64,000 bases of DNA from Prorocentrum cordatum (GCA_963575745.1 CAUYUJ010000114.1:1240001-1304000); one strand, 5' to 3'; counted from the first letter of the stretch, positions 24,760 to 38,380 are shown. Made by a program: numbers and translations. The notes: generated by a model from the letters alone, not told the origin.

Positions 24760-25789
24760 AAAGATTCTCGGGAACGGCTAGGCGCACTGCCCAACGCTTT
24801 TTAGCTAGCGAGGCGGCCTGCCACCGAGACTGGATCCTAGTCGGCCTGGACGTAGACAGACCTTGTCTTGTCTGAAAGGCCAAACGTAAGAGGAACTGGC
24901 AGAGGCTACGGGAAAATAGGAGCGTAGCGCATGGTGTATTCTACCTCCTGGAAGTGCCGCAGTCCTACGTGCGTCGCCTGGCCTTGAGGACTACGACGAG
25001 CCCGGGCATTGCCCCGCATGTCTTAAGCCGGGCACCGGTACAAAGGATGCCCCCAGATGACATCAGCACGTGCGGCAAGGAGGCCAGCGCAGGCGCCTAC
25101 GATCACAAAATCGAACAAGTGTTTGGCAAATGCGAGGTCAATAAGCACATGCGCACGAACCGAACTGTGCCGCGAGGTACAATTAAACAGCGAAGGGCGA
25201 CGCGATCATGGACCAAGATAACATGCCGCAGGGGCCCAAGAGGATCACGCACCGCGCGATGACTCCTAACGGCGCAGTGGGCCTGCACAGCGAGCGCGGT
25301 ACATATAATTCACTGGAGAGGAGGACGACAAGACGAAAGGCCACGTTGCTCGTGGGCGTATTTTTCTGCGCCGTGGAGACGCGAGCAGCAAGAAATAAGT
25401 TATGCTCATGTAAATCTCACCGCCTCCAAGTCCGATCCAATTACGCTACCGAAGCACTCGCTGCTGCGCATAGCGCCGACGAGTGCTGTCCCACCTTAGT
25501 GGCACTACGCGCGCTCATGAATGGACCACTGACTCCCCCTGGGCTCCTAACATATTGGCGAACAAGGTAGCCTCTGTATCAAGGTATCCCTTACGACCGA
25601 TGCCAGTTCGGTCGTTCGGACCTTTCGCGGCAAGACTCCCATCGCCGATAGTTGATTGCCGTTGCTGTTCAAACGCCCTGATGGGCAAATGAGGTCTCAG
25701 GGATTGCTCAGCTGGGGCCGTTCTGCGCATGGAGGGTGGGCCCTCTTTCTGGCCCATCTCAGAGCTTACAGTGAGCGGCTTGAATAAGG

Positions 25790-26295
25790 AACGCTTGCTT
25801 TTCAAAAGGGGTTCGGCCGTTCCTTAGGCTTACATGCGTTATGCACAGTTCCTTTTGCGTTATGTATTATTTATCATTTCTTATGCGTTATCCCTTGGGA
25901 TGAAAAAGGGGCTTCGTTCCTCATTTACCGTTCCTTTGGTCAGGCCGATGACTGTACGTGGAACGACGACTGCTCGGAAACGAGCGCGCTCCCGCGCGCC
26001 TCCAGCCTGCCTTCCGTCGCGGAGCCACGACTGCCGGGAAGCGAGCGCGTGCCTGCGCGTTCCTTCAGCCTGCTTTGTTTTTGTTATGGAATCGAGCCTT
26101 TTCGCTCTGCCATACCGTCGGGGCGTTGACCTAAGGAACCCAAAATAAGGAACGAGGCCCCTTTTTCCCATAAGTTAAACTCCGATCTTCCATGGAAGAC
26201 CTAAGGAATACCTAAGACAAGCTGCGAGACAATTAAGGAACACCGAGCCCCTCCCCAACGAAAAGGGTTCCTTCTTCAGGGCCCCGACTGTAGTG
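25790..26295. mobile_element. Fold-back element with long imperfect inverted arms; one arm recurs inverted at 34270-34440
   Basis: GAAAAAGGGGCTTCGTTCCTCATTT..GTTCCTTTGGTCA is inverted to TGACCTAAGGAAC..AAATAAGGAACGAGGCCCCTTTTTC. Confidence 0.65.
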
Positions 26296-26739
26296 GCGCG
26301 GCCACGCGGCCCTAGAAATCTGTCTGCGCCGACGCGTGATCAGCCCCATCGACCCCTGCCAGGACTTTCCGGGCTGCCCTTTTCGGCGCATGTCCAGCAC
26401 CAGTTGCGTTGCTTCAGCTTGCCGATGCCCTGTTGCACTTTGGCGTCAGGCTGGCTGGCGCGTGGCAATATGCCCCAATGTTTCACACGTTTCCGAACCA
26501 GCTCCGCCCGCACTTAGACACACGCAGATTCACCCACAGCCGCCTATATGAAGGCTCAACCGCACGTGCATGCACTCACACATACCCAAGCTCACTTCCA
26601 TTCAGATTCACGCACACCCAGGCCCCCTTCCCACTCAGACTCGCAAACATTCAAATTATAGAACCACACGCACCAACCAACATTCGTTCACACTCCGACT
26701 CGCGCACACGCAGACCAGTTGGCCAATGATACCTAGGAG

Positions 26740-27870
26740 GCATGGCACGGAGGCACCCCAAAGGGGAAGCCGCCAAGTGGTGTACCACGGGCCCGTTCGC
26801 GCCCAGATTTGTGGGATGTCTCGGGCGAGACGCCTGTGTGGCAGAGTAGGCGCTTCTCCTTTCCATAGCCTCATCACCACTACGATGTAACAGGCATGCC
26901 ATTTGAGCCGTCCGAGGGGTGCCGATCGATCAGGGGTGCACGGCATTCGTGCCATCCGAGGGGGGCGGTGCACGGGCCCGTTCGCGCCCAGAGTGTGGGG
27001 ACGCACGAGTCTCCCATTCATAGCTTCAGGACCAACGCGATGCAGCAAGAGTTCCATCTTGGCCATCCGAAGGGGGTGCGACCGACCAGGGGTGTTGCAC
27101 GGCCCGTGCGCTCCCAGATTGGGGGGGGGGCGGGCGAAACGCTGGTTTGGCCCAGCGGGGGCGAGTTAGTCTGTGTTCGTAGCCTCATGACCACCGTGAT
27201 GTAGCACGCATGCCACGTTGGCCATCCGAAGGGGGGGGGTTCACGCGCCTTTCCGCGCCCGGATAGTGGGGATGGTTTGAGCGAAACGTTTGCTTGGCCC
27301 AGTGAATGAGCTTCTTTTCGGAGCCCCATGGTCGCAGCGATGTAGCAGGCATAGCACCATTTGGGCTACCCCAAAAGGGGGGCCGACCAGCGATGTTACA
27401 CGGGCCCGTTTGCGCGCCGATTGTGGGGATGATTCTGGCGAAACGCTTGCTTGGCCCAGTAGACGAGTGAGTCTGTTTGCATAGTCTTATGTAGACGAGT
27501 GAGTCTGTTTGCTATAAAAACAGATTCACTCATCGAACAAAAAAGACGAGTGAGTCTGTCTTCACAGCCTTATGGCCCCCGCGATGCAGCAGGGGTAGCG
27601 TGTCGGCCATCTTGGGGGGGTGCTGCACGAGCCAGTTCGCGCCCCGACTGTGCGGACGCCTCGGGCGAGAGTGCTGCGTGGCTCAATCGGACGAGTCTCG
27701 CTTCAGAGCCCCACGGCCCCCGTGATGTAGCAGGCGTGCCATTTGGGACGCCCAGTGGGGAGCCCTCCAGGGCGTTGCACAGGGCCCGTCACGCACAGAT
27801 TGTGGGGGGGTATCCAGCGAAACGCCTCTTTGGCCCATTGGTCGAGTTTGTTTTCAGAGCTTCTTAATCA
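26740..27870 (+). repeat. Diverged ~130-230-bp tandem array (GGGCCCGTTCGCGCCCAGATTGTGGG core); relatives at 6800-7030 and inverted at 36220-36460
   Basis: Core recurs at about 26790, 26974, 27100, 27403, 27630 and 27782. Confidence 0.75.
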
Positions 27871-28644
27871 CCTCAGCGAAGCTAGTGATCTTTACACTTC
27901 GCCAGGGAGGACAATCAGGGGCTCCTTCGCAAGCAGGTTGCGGAGACTCGCTGATGGCCGGATTCTCGCAAAGGGAAGTGCAAGACAATCAGGTGCACAT
28001 ACAGAGACCTCCGCGCCGGCCGAGTACTCTAGCGTGCACTCGCTAATGGCCAGATTCTCGCAAAGGAAAGTGCAAGACAATCAGGTGCACATACAGAGAT
28101 CTCCGCGCCGAGTACTCTAGCGTGCATTGTGGTAGTCGTTTGATTGCATGTGGGCGCTGGCCAAAATTTCGATCGACTGAGGTTGCATTGGGGACGTCGT
28201 GGTCGGCGTTTTCGGGGGAACGCGGCGATCTCGGACAGACGGTAGAGGGAAATAATTATTGAACACCCCCCCTCTCCCCCGAACTCAATGTTGGCACGCG
28301 CGGGGGAGATTGCGGTCGAAGTGCATCTCATCAGACCCACCGCCAATTTTGAACATGGGGGGAAGGGGGAGGCGTTGATGGATGAATGTGGCGTGTCTTC
28401 GCTAATTTGTTCCGAGGCCTGGATTTGGAGCCCAGGAGGGGCCCAAGGCCCTCGTGTCCCGCGCACATGTGCATAGCTGGAGCTCGCTTGCAGGACACCG
28501 GCTCGGCCGACTTCCTCGCGTGGACGGGCATGGCGTTCTGAGATCAGCGCGCGCGTGCCCGGGCTCCGATCTCGCCGCGGCATCGCCGCCTGATACGCTG
28601 CATTGCCAGCTCGACAGCATCCCTCTTCTGAGTCAAGCCGCGTA

Positions 28645-29548
28645 TCTGCGTGGTGTGTGTATGTGTGAATTTGTGTGTGTGTGTGCGTGCGTGCGAGCGT
28701 GCGTGTGTGTGTGTGTGTGTGCGTGCGTGCGTACGTGCGTGCGTGCGGTGCGTGCGTGCGTGCGTGCGTGCGTGTGCGTGTGCGTGTGCGTGTGCGTCTG
28801 CGTGTGCGTGTGCGTGAGCGTGTGCGCGTGCGCGTGTGCGTGCGCGTGCGCGTGCGCGTGCGCGTGCGCGTGCGCGTGCGCGTGCGCGTGCGCGTGCGCG
28901 TGTGCGTGTGCGTGTGCGTGTGCGTTGCGTGTGCGCGTGCGCGTGCGCGTGCGCGTGCGGCGTGCGCGTGCGCGTGCGCGTGCGCGTGCGCGTGCGCGTG
29001 CGCGTGCGCGTGCGCGTGCGCGTGCGCGTGCGCGTGCGCGTGCGCGTGCGCGTGCCCGTGCGCGTGCGCGTGTGCGTGTGCGTGTGCGCGTGCTTGTGCG
29101 CGTGTGTGCGTGTCGCGTGCGCGTGCGCGTGCGCGTGTGCGTGCGCGTGCGCGTGCGCGTGCGCGTGCGCGTGCGCGTGTGCGTGTGCTGTGTGCGTGTG
29201 CGGGTGCGCGTGTGTGCGTGTGCGTGTGCGTGTGCGTGTGCGTGTGGCGTGTGCGTGTGCGTGTGCGTGTGCGTGTGCGTGTGCGTGTGCGCGTGCGCGT
29301 GTGCGTGTGCGTGTGCGTGTGCGCGTGCGTGTGCGTGTGCGTGTGCCGTGTGCGTGTGCGTGCGCGTGTTGTGTGCGCGTGGTGTGCGCGTGTGTGTGCG
29401 TGTGTGTGTGTGTGGTGTGTGTGTGTCTGTGTCTGTGTCTGTCTGTGTCTGTGTCTGTGTCTGTGTCTGTGTCTGTGTCTGTGTCTGTGTCTGTGTCTGT
29501 GTCTGTGTCTGTGTCTGTGTCTGTGTGTGGTGTGTGTGTGCGTGTGTG

Positions 29549-29588
<40 letters not shown>

Positions 29589-30148
29589 TGTGCGCGTGTG
29601 TGTGTGTGTGTGTTTGTGCGCGTGCGTGTGTGTGTATGTTTGTGTGTATGTTTGTGTGTTTGTGCTCGCGCTGGACCTGCTGCCTCCCCCCTTGGGCGCG
29701 TGCCCGGCAGCCTCCTGGTTGCCTCTCCCCACCCAGCTGCTGCTCTGCCGCCGCTGCTGGCCCCCGGCCCCGGCGCCCGCCCCGCCGCCGCCTGGCCCTG
29801 CTCTGAGCGGGCCCGGCTTCCATCTCCTTGCCGCCCGCACTGGGCGTCCTTCTCTCTTCCCCGTGCACCGCGGCTTGATTGGCGGTTTACACATGAATGC
29901 TAGATCGCCAGAGCAGTCCTTCTCCCTAGCCGCCGACGCGAAACAAATAGTGTTTGCGTTTGTGCGTTTGTGTGCACGTGTGTATGTACGTATGCATGTA
30001 TGTGTGCATGTGTGTATGTGTGTATGTATGTACGTATGCATGTATGCGTGCATGTGTGTATGTGTGTACGTATGTATGTATGTATGTATGTATATACGTA
30101 TGTATGTATGTACGTGTATGTATGTGTAAATGCATGTATCTATGTATG

Positions 30149-30182
<34 letters not shown>

Positions 30183-30185
30183 TGT
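28645..30185. repeat. Long alternating purine-pyrimidine microsatellite complex (GT, GCGT, GCGCGT, GTGTCT, TATG)
   Basis: Directly visible; interrupted by unique sequence at 29660-29950. Confidence 0.95.
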
Positions 30186-31333
30186 GAAAGAGCGTGTTCT
30201 ACCGCTGCTGGCGGAAAACCGGGGGGGTCACTACAGGTTCGAACCCCTCCCCCCCCCCCTCCGGAAAACCGGGGGGGGTCACTACCGGTTCGAGCTCCTC
30301 CCCCCCCCCCCCCCAGCTCATCATGAAAAGGGGGGGGGGTCACTACCGGTTCGAACCCCTCCCCCCCCCCCCTCTCGAAAACCCAGTGGGGGTGCGGACA
30401 GAGGTGGGGACGGTGTTGGTGGGACAGTGGTGAGGGGACAGCGGGACAGTGGTGGGGACAGTGGGACAGTGGGACAGTAGAGGGCCGGTAGTGGTGGGGA
30501 CAGTGGTGAGGACAATGGTGGGAACAGGGGGGACAGTGGACAGTGGTGGGGACGGTGGTGGTGGTGACAGTGGTGTGGGCACAGTGGGAATGAGGTGGAA
30601 ACAATGGGACAGTGGAGGGTACAATGGTGGTGGGGACAGTGGTGAAGGCGGTGGCGAGGACGGCGGTGGGACAATGGGACAGAGGTACAGTGGGGACAGT
30701 GGTGGGGACAGTGGGGACAGTGGTGGGAACAGTGGGACAGCTCAGTGGGACAGCGGCGGAGTCGGTGGGACAGTGGGGACAGTGGGGATAGTCGGGCAGT
30801 GGTTGGGGCCGTGGAGACAGTGGGGAGAGTGGAACCGTGGTGGGAACAGTGGTGGGGACAGTGGGGACAGTGCGACAGTGGTGGGGGCACTGGTGGGGAC
30901 ACAGTGGGGACAGTGGTGGTGAGGACAGTGGTGCTGGGAACAACAGTGGAGGATGTGATGCGGACGGTGGTAGGGACCGGGAGTCGTTTGCTGGCGGTGA
31001 GTGGGGGGGTAGGGAGGGGTTCGAACCGGTAGTGATCCCCCTCCGGTTTTCGAGGGGGGTGGGGGGGTTCGAACCGGTAGTGACCCCCCCCGGTTTTCCG
31101 GATCCGGAGGGGGGGTGGGGGGGGGTTTCGAACCGGTAGTAACCCCCCCTGGTTTTCGAGGGGGAGGGGGGGGGGGGAGGGTTAAGGAGGGGGGGGTTTG
31201 CCGGGAGGAGGGGGGGGGGGTCCAGCAGGGGGAGGGGGGGGGGGATTTTCGGAGGGGGGGGGGGCGACCCCGGGTTCCGGAGGAAAAGGTTGGCAATTTT
31301 CCACAGTAAAGCGGCGGTGGATCACGCTCTCTC
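30186..31333 (+). mobile_element. Complete non-autonomous TIR element with 8-bp TSD AAATATGT
   Basis: TIR 20/24 (GAAAGAGCGTGTTCTACCGCTGCT vs reverse complement of AGCGGCGGTGGATCACGCTCTCTC). TSD at 30178-30185 and 31334-31341. Three subterminal repeats per end in inverted orientation; internal GGGGACAGT minisatellite. Confidence 0.88.
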
Positions 31334-31406
31334 AAATATGTACGTATGTGTGCTGCTATAAGTATGCGCGCGAAGCGCGCGCGTGGTTCTGGTACATATA
31401 TACGTA

Positions 31407-31455
<49 letters not shown>

Positions 31456-31969
31456 CGTGTGTCTATATATTATATATATATATATATTATAATGCGTGTA
31501 TAGACATATATGTATATATACTGCAGATTACGATTGTTGCATGATACGTATTGCAGCTTAGGGGATGGGCTTGTACTCATACACCACAAAAGGGTGTAGT
31601 TTGCTGACTTGATATGCTTTAGCTGCCACGCGCACGTATATTATCCAGGCCTCTCTGCATAGACGTATATGTATGTATGTATATATATATAGAGAGAGAG
31701 AGAGATACTGCCAAGTGTCACGTTTGATTGGAAAGAGCGCGTGCTCCCATGACGGAAGGGGTGGTTCGAACACCTCCCCCCCTTTTTTCCTTCCTCATCC
31801 CTCCCCCCCTGTCTCCCTCTCCCTGTGGCCCGCGCCAGCATCGGCGGCGGCTGGCGGCGGCGGCGGGGAGCGTCGACAAGCAAAACGAATTATTTTTCTG
31901 GGCGGGCGCCGGCGCTTGCTGCGGCTGGCGGCGGCGGCGGGGAACGTCGACGAGGACGACGTCGACGGC

Positions 31970-32670
31970 TGTGGTGGTGGTGGAGGTTGTGGTGGTAGGT
32001 TGTGGTGGTGGTTTGTGGTGGTTTTGTGGCGGTGGTGGTGGTGGTGGTGGTGGCGGTAGTTGTGTGGTGGTTCGTGGTGATGGTGGTGTGGTGGTTTGTG
32101 GTGGTGCTGGTGGGCTGTGGTGGTGCTGGCGGGTTGTGGTGGTGGTGGTTGTGGTGGGTTGTTGCGGTGATGGTGGTGGTGGTGGTGTGTTGTTGTGGTA
32201 GTGGTGGTGGTTGTGGTGGTGGTGGTTGTGCGGTGGTCTGTGGTGATGGTTGTGTCAGGTTGTGGTGGTGGTTATGGAGGTGGTAGTGGAGGTGGCGGTG
32301 GTGGCTGTGGTGGTGGCGGTGGTGGCGTGATGGGTTGCCGTGGTGGTGTTTGTGCTGGTGGTGGTGGTAATGGTGGCGGTGGCGTTGTGGTTTGCGGTGG
32401 TTTGTGGTGGTGGTGGTTGTTGTGGTGGGTTGTGGTGGATTGCGGTGGTGGTGGTGGTGGCGGTGGTAGGTTTTGGTAGACTTCGACGACGTCGACGTCG
32501 ATCTGGTAGGTAGGTCGTGGTGGTGGTGGTGGCGGTGGTGGTTGCGGCGGCGGTGGTGGTGGTTTGTGGTGGTTTGTGGTGGTGGTGCTGGACTGGCGAT
32601 GGTGCTGGTAGTGCTGGTGGGTGGTGGGTGGTGTTGGTGGTGGTGGCGGTGGTGGTTGTGAATTGGTGGC
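31970..32670. repeat. (GGT)n degenerate microsatellite
   Basis: Directly visible. Confidence 0.95.
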
Positions 32671-32684
32671 GGGTTTCTTGTTGG

Positions 32685-33500
32685 GCAGGCTTCAAAAAAG
32701 GCGGCGCTAAAAAGCGACTCGCATCAACCCAATTTGGCTTCAGGCGGAAACGGGGGACGTCCGACGCCGTTCATGCAGCGCGCCGGCACGTTGAGCTTAC
32801 GCACGCCGACGAATGGCGACACATTGCACTATGGGCAAACATTCAGCTCGATCGCGTCATTGTGGGAAGCGTTGGGGAACTTCGTGGTGCCATAAGATAT
32901 GCTTGCAATCGAATATTGATACAAAGAGGCTTTTGTGTGACAGAGGGGCCCAAATATCGCAAGTAAGAAAGCAGTTGTCTGGTATTGCACAGGGATGTCC
33001 ACTATCACCATTCATATTTGTCATAGTAACGAATGAGTGTCAACAACGCTGAAGAGAAGCTGGGGGGAGTTGCGCTCCAATCGTTTGCTAGTAGAATATT
33101 ATGTTTTCCTCGACGCAGGTGACATCCTTCTGGTTGGCCGCAGTGAAACACGCATACAACGCATATTGGATGCAGTCGCAGTGGCCAGAGCAGATGTTGG
33201 AACATAATTACATTGGAACACATTCGAATTATTCCAACACGGATGCAATGTGCGATTGCGAACTTTTGCAAGAAAAAATATTGGGCCAAGCGGGCACTTG
33301 GGAGCAAATCTTTAAGAACATGAGACTATAAAACAAGAGTTCCGTAGAAGATTTGGCGCAAAATGCTGATGGAATAGAACCGAAAGTTGTTTCAGCACAA
33401 GGGCCGATCTCTCGCAGTGCTTCGCCGATGATTAAAAACGGATCGAATTGATTCATCTGTCGTTTTTCTTTGATCCGCAATCCTGACGACGAAGTCTGGT
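32685..33500 (+). pseudogene. Degenerate non-LTR (LINE-type) reverse transcriptase fragment
   Basis: STQFGFRRKRGTSDAVHAARR and SGIAQGCPLSPFIFVIV match the LINE RT QxGFR and QGxPLSPxLF motifs; the frame is broken by shifts and stops. Confidence 0.85.
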
Positions 33501-33764
33501 TGTGAGTTTTTGTGCTTTCAGTGTGCTGGCAGGTTCATTGTTCATTATCGCTGTCTCCTTCATAACCCCCAACGCGCGCATTCGGCGCGTCTGGATTGTC
33601 AAGACCCGCGTTCGGCGCGTCCCTCTGCAATTTCGGCACGTAATTGACGTGCTCGTTTTCTGTTAGCCGATGTCTTTGGCTCGCGCGCGTTTTGCGCATG
33701 GCTGTTTACGTTCGCTCGTATGATGGGGCGAATCCCAGCTGTACGCTTGGGGCCCAGCGGTGGA

Positions 33765-34132
33765 TCAGGAGGGAAAAACGCAAAGACACACTGAATCGTC
33801 GATCCCCCAGAACAGATGGGAAAATATGGGAAGTGGGGGGGAGACAAAGACCCCCAAAAAATTGGAAAATGTGGAGTCTGTGTCTATTTATTCAATCGCT
33901 TCGCTCACCCCGCCGGCCCGTATTGCATGATCGCTACTGCTTCGGCGCGGGCTCGGGGCCATTGCGGCGCCGCCGGAAGGAGGAAGATGAGGATGGGGAG
34001 GAGGAGGAGGAGGAGGAGAAGACGAAGAGAAGGAACGGAGGAGGAGGAGGAAGAGAAAAAGGCGGAGGAGGAAACCTCTCGATGGTCCTGCTATCTGTGT
34101 CTATTTATTTGGGTGTCCCGGGGCCCCTTTCA
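33765..34132 (+). mobile_element. Insert flanked by GTGGA direct repeats; homologous to the intron at 61586-61794 (-)
   Basis: Shared TCAGGAGGG..TGAATCGTCGATCCCCC..AATATG and 3' GGGCCCCTT; GTGGA at 33760-33764 and 34133-34137. Confidence 0.6.
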
Positions 34133-37100
34133 GTGGACCGCGCAACGGCGGCGGGCGGCGACCGAGGGTCCGGCGCCGGGATGGCGCCAGCCGCGGTGCG
34201 GGGGGGCCCAGCGGCGTGAACAGCCCAGTGGCGGTGATGTGACATGTTGCCATCTGTTGGGGCATACGATCGGGGCGCTGAAGAGGAACCCTTTTCGTTG
34301 GGGAGGGGTTCCGTGTTCTTTGATTGTTTCACAGCTTGCCAGTTTAGGTTTCCGATGGGGAATTGTATTTTAACTGATGGGAAAAAGAGCCTCGTTCTTT
34401 ATTTAGGGTTCCTTATTTTGGCATATGGTAGAGGGAAAAAATTCTTGACGCTTCGCGTATCCCCACCAGCCCATCCTACACCAGGCACTCGAACGAAGAG
34501 CGCCGATGATCGGCAGCTGGTCTCCTCCCCCTCGTCCTCCTCCTCCTCCTCCCTTCCTCCTCCTCCTCCTCCTCCTCCTCCTCCTCCTCCTCCTCCTCTT
34601 CCTCCTCCTCCTCCTCCTCCTTTTCTTCCGCCTCTTCCTCTTCCCTCGTGGCGCCTTGGAGGTATTTTCGAAAGTTTTGGTAGGCTCTTGGGCCTCGCGG
34701 GCGGGCGGGCGGCGCTCCGCCCGCCCGCGCGCAGGGCGCAAGAGGAGAGTCCGAGACGTCTCTTGAGGCCGTCTTGGAGGACATCGATCGATCTTAGAAG
34801 GGGGAAGCATTTTTTAGCGTCGCCCCTTTTGGGGGGCACGATCCTCGTGAAGGGTGTCGAATTTTAGCCCTCCAAGGGGTTGTTCTTGGAAGCTCTAACT
34901 ACCCGCGGCCACCTTTGTCCAGGTCAATGGGGAGGGGGTAGGGGGAGAGGTAAACCCCTTCCTGAAGGGGAAGAAGGAGGGGTGGAAGAGGAAACGCTCT
35001 AAACCACCGACGCCCAGAGGTGGTGGGATTACTGAACACCCCCCTTCTCTCCGAACTCAATGCTGGCACGCGCGGGGGGATTGCAGTCGCCGCCACGTTT
35101 GAACATTGAATGTGGCGTGTAGTCTCTAATTTGTTCCGGGGCTTGTATGGCTGGTGCGGTAGGATTTCAGGATGCACGCATATATCGGGTATGATTGCGA
35201 CACCTGATGCCCGGCGCCGCCGACCTTGAAGAAGGCCGCGATGTCGGCGACAAAATGGGCAGAGATGGAGGCCATGAGGAGGAAGAGGATGCACGCATAC
35301 GGGTACGATTACGATGTCTAAAAGGTTGCGACGTCCTAATCCAAATCCGAAGCCCTCCTGTCTCAGAGTGCGACGCCAAATCAACACTGAGTCGGGCAAT
35401 AAACTGAAAAATAATATTGCACCAGATCAAATATGTTTTTTTGTTGCTTTGCTCATACCGAACCGTGCAATCTCGATCGTGGGAGGCTCCGACGCCGGCA
35501 CTACCGCCGACCTTGGAGGCAAACCGCATCGAGAGTTTTACCGTAATGTCCGTTTCCAATGTTTCACCCCGCCATTCGCAGCACCCTCGCCGAGATTAGG
35601 AATCGTACAATTTCTTGATGCACCATCTTGTTTTCTTCATCCGGTTCCCGCCCAAAAAACGGATGAGGCGGAGGGAGCGCGAATATGAGAGAATGGAATG
35701 GGGAAGGGCTGGAAGATGGATCAGCTTGGATTCATAAGGAGTGGAGGAGTACGCGAGGAGTTCGAGGGGAAGGGGAGATGGAAGTGATATTGAGGTGAAT
35801 AGGCAGGGAGGATGGCATTCGGGAGGCGTGGGGGAGAACGCGGATGAAGCGAAAAGAACGTGGATTAGCGTGGAAAACGCTGTGCGCATGAGCGGGGAAG
35901 GACGGGAAGGTTTACATTCAAGAAGCGTCGGAAGAGCACGGAAAAAAAAAACAGCAGAGCAAGGATAGTTGAATTGGAAAAACGTGGAAAAGTTGAGTTC
36001 GGGTGAAAAGGATCGATTGTACGGACCTCTCGTATGCGCATCTCTTTGCATTGGTATTTCCTCTGTGAACGTCTAGGCGCAAGAAATTTCAAATATAAAC
36101 GAGACGGTCTGGGAGAGTCTAATTGTGAATGATTTTGAATGCGTATGAGCCCCATTGCGCGTGAACTTAACCCCAAACCGCTCGAGACACTCTAAAATTT
36201 TGCTTTGAACGCAGACAAATTTTAGCCACCGAAATAAGCAAACTGCTCGTGACATCTTCGTACTCTATGCCGCCTAGGGCGTGATAGCTAACACCTCGCA
36301 CGAATCATCCTTAGAATTTAGTTCGAAAGTGGGTGATGGTCGCGACCAAAACAGGCAAACCGCTTGAGACATTTCCGCAATTTGGGCGAAAATTTCCGCG
36401 ACCAACACAAGCAAACCGGCTGAGATATCCCCGCCATTTGGGCACGAACGGAGGCCGTGAGATACCGCCCTCGTAAAACGAGCAAGCCATTGGAGATACA
36501 TCATGATTTGCTCATCGTAAACATCATCATTATCATCATCGTCTTCATCATCGTCAGCATCATGATCATCGTCAGTGTCAGCGTCGTCATCAGCATCATA
36601 CATTCATTATCATCGTTTAATGCAGAGAAGGAGGAGGGAGGAAGAGGATGATGATGAGGGGTCCGGCGCGGTCAAAGACCCTCATTCTTTGGCTATGGGG
36701 GATAAACAAATCCAACGAGTGGCGAAGAGGCTAGGGGGACGGGAATTATTAACTCAGGGTAGAAGCGGAGAGAACACAAGAAAATTGATTGGGCGTGGGT
36801 GGCGTTGGGCCGGTCGATTCCGGAAAGGTGCAGAGGAACGCAACAGAAGCCGAAACAGCAGGCAGGGAAAGGGAAGGATCTGAATTATTCTTCGAATATT
36901 TGCATTTTTTCTTTAAATATTTTTACAAGGCCTAAGAATAAGCAACCCAGAAGAACACTAGATTTTCCTCCTTACGAGGCAAGCGACAAGACGGGGTTGT
37001 CATTTTTACATAAACGCCTTGGTTTTGAAATTTTACATAGTTCTAAACACACGTAGTTTTTTTTAGGGAGACGGGAAAGGTAGAGAAATATTTACATGTT

Positions 37101-37699
37101 TCTGAAATGGCACGCCTAAGTTTTTTTTTCCCTCCCCCCCAACACTCAACAACCCATAAAGCATTGCAAAACCCATGTAATGGAATATGAATCGCAAGGA
37201 TCAATAATATAACCATGTTTCACGAAACCAAAAAATGACAATTGGGTCTATTTTTAAAATAATCGGGTCTTCTGCTTGCATTAAGAAAGATCATGATTAC
37301 AATAATGTAAACACCACTTCTATTACCAACCGTTTTCTTTTCCAATATGTGTGTATGTATGTATATATATATAAGATATATATATATATATAATTAATAT
37401 ATATATATAAATGTGGAAGATGTCTCAATAAATCTGACAAAACACGAACATATCGGAAAAAGATAGAGGACCAAAAAAAGAAAACTGGCAAGCACATTAC
37501 AAATAAGAAATTCGCAAGACCGGTTGCTGGTACGCACGCAACGCATTAGTTACATTTTTGTACTCCAATCCAAGCGCGGCCCGTGCTCTTTCTTTATGTG
37601 CCACGGGGTTGTTTCCAACAATATCTCGGCGAACGGCCCAATCATAAGAAATTGTGAGTGCCACAATTATGAATATCTTTTTCAATTGTGATGAACTAT

Positions 37700-38380
37700 T
37701 TCGCTGGGCGGCGGGGGAAGCATGCGGGCGGTAACACCGGGGCTGTCGGTAAAACCCATCATGAGGCGCACTGGGCGGGTGAAAATATCAAATTAGCTCC
37801 CTCTGGGGCTAGTGGGTGTACATGCGCAATTGGACACATGCGGGGAAATCGCATTGGGGGTTTCGAAGCGTTGTACCGGGTCGGCGAAAATGCCAAATTT
37901 GAAATGAGCGGTGCATGCGAGTTATTCCACTGGAAGCCTCGGTGGGACTCCTTATGGGGCCATGGAGCGCTGGATTGGGTGGGTGACAATGCCAAATCGG
38001 GTGCGCAGTGTGCATGACGCTGCACTGGGCGGGTGGCAATGACAAAATAGGTGCGAGGGAGCGTTTCGCGGCCCAGTAGGAGCCCCGCCGAAACGCTTCA
38101 ATGGGATTGCCCGCATGCGTCCCTTTCACACAAGCATTTTCACCCGCCTAATACAGCGCTTCGTGGCCCAATATGGTATTAGGTAGGTGAAAATGCCAAC
38201 TTAGATGTGGTAGACGATCCCCGCACTGGGAGCTTCGGTGGAGCTCCCTATGGGGTCACAAAGCACTGAACTGGGTGGGCGAAAATGATGGGGACGCACG
38301 CGAACGGTTCATTGGAGGTTTTGGTGGACTTTATGGGGCGACGAAATGCTGCACTGGGTTGGTGGAACACATGGAAGAAG
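37700..38380 (+). repeat. Highly diverged tandem array (GCACTGGGCGGGTGAAAATGCCAAAT core)
   Basis: Core variants at about 37768, 37870, 37970, 38023, 38180, 38270 and 38351. Confidence 0.65.

Noticed and set aside
28029..30129. Long ORFs of 355-674 aa
   Set aside because: Translations of dinucleotide and hexanucleotide microsatellites.
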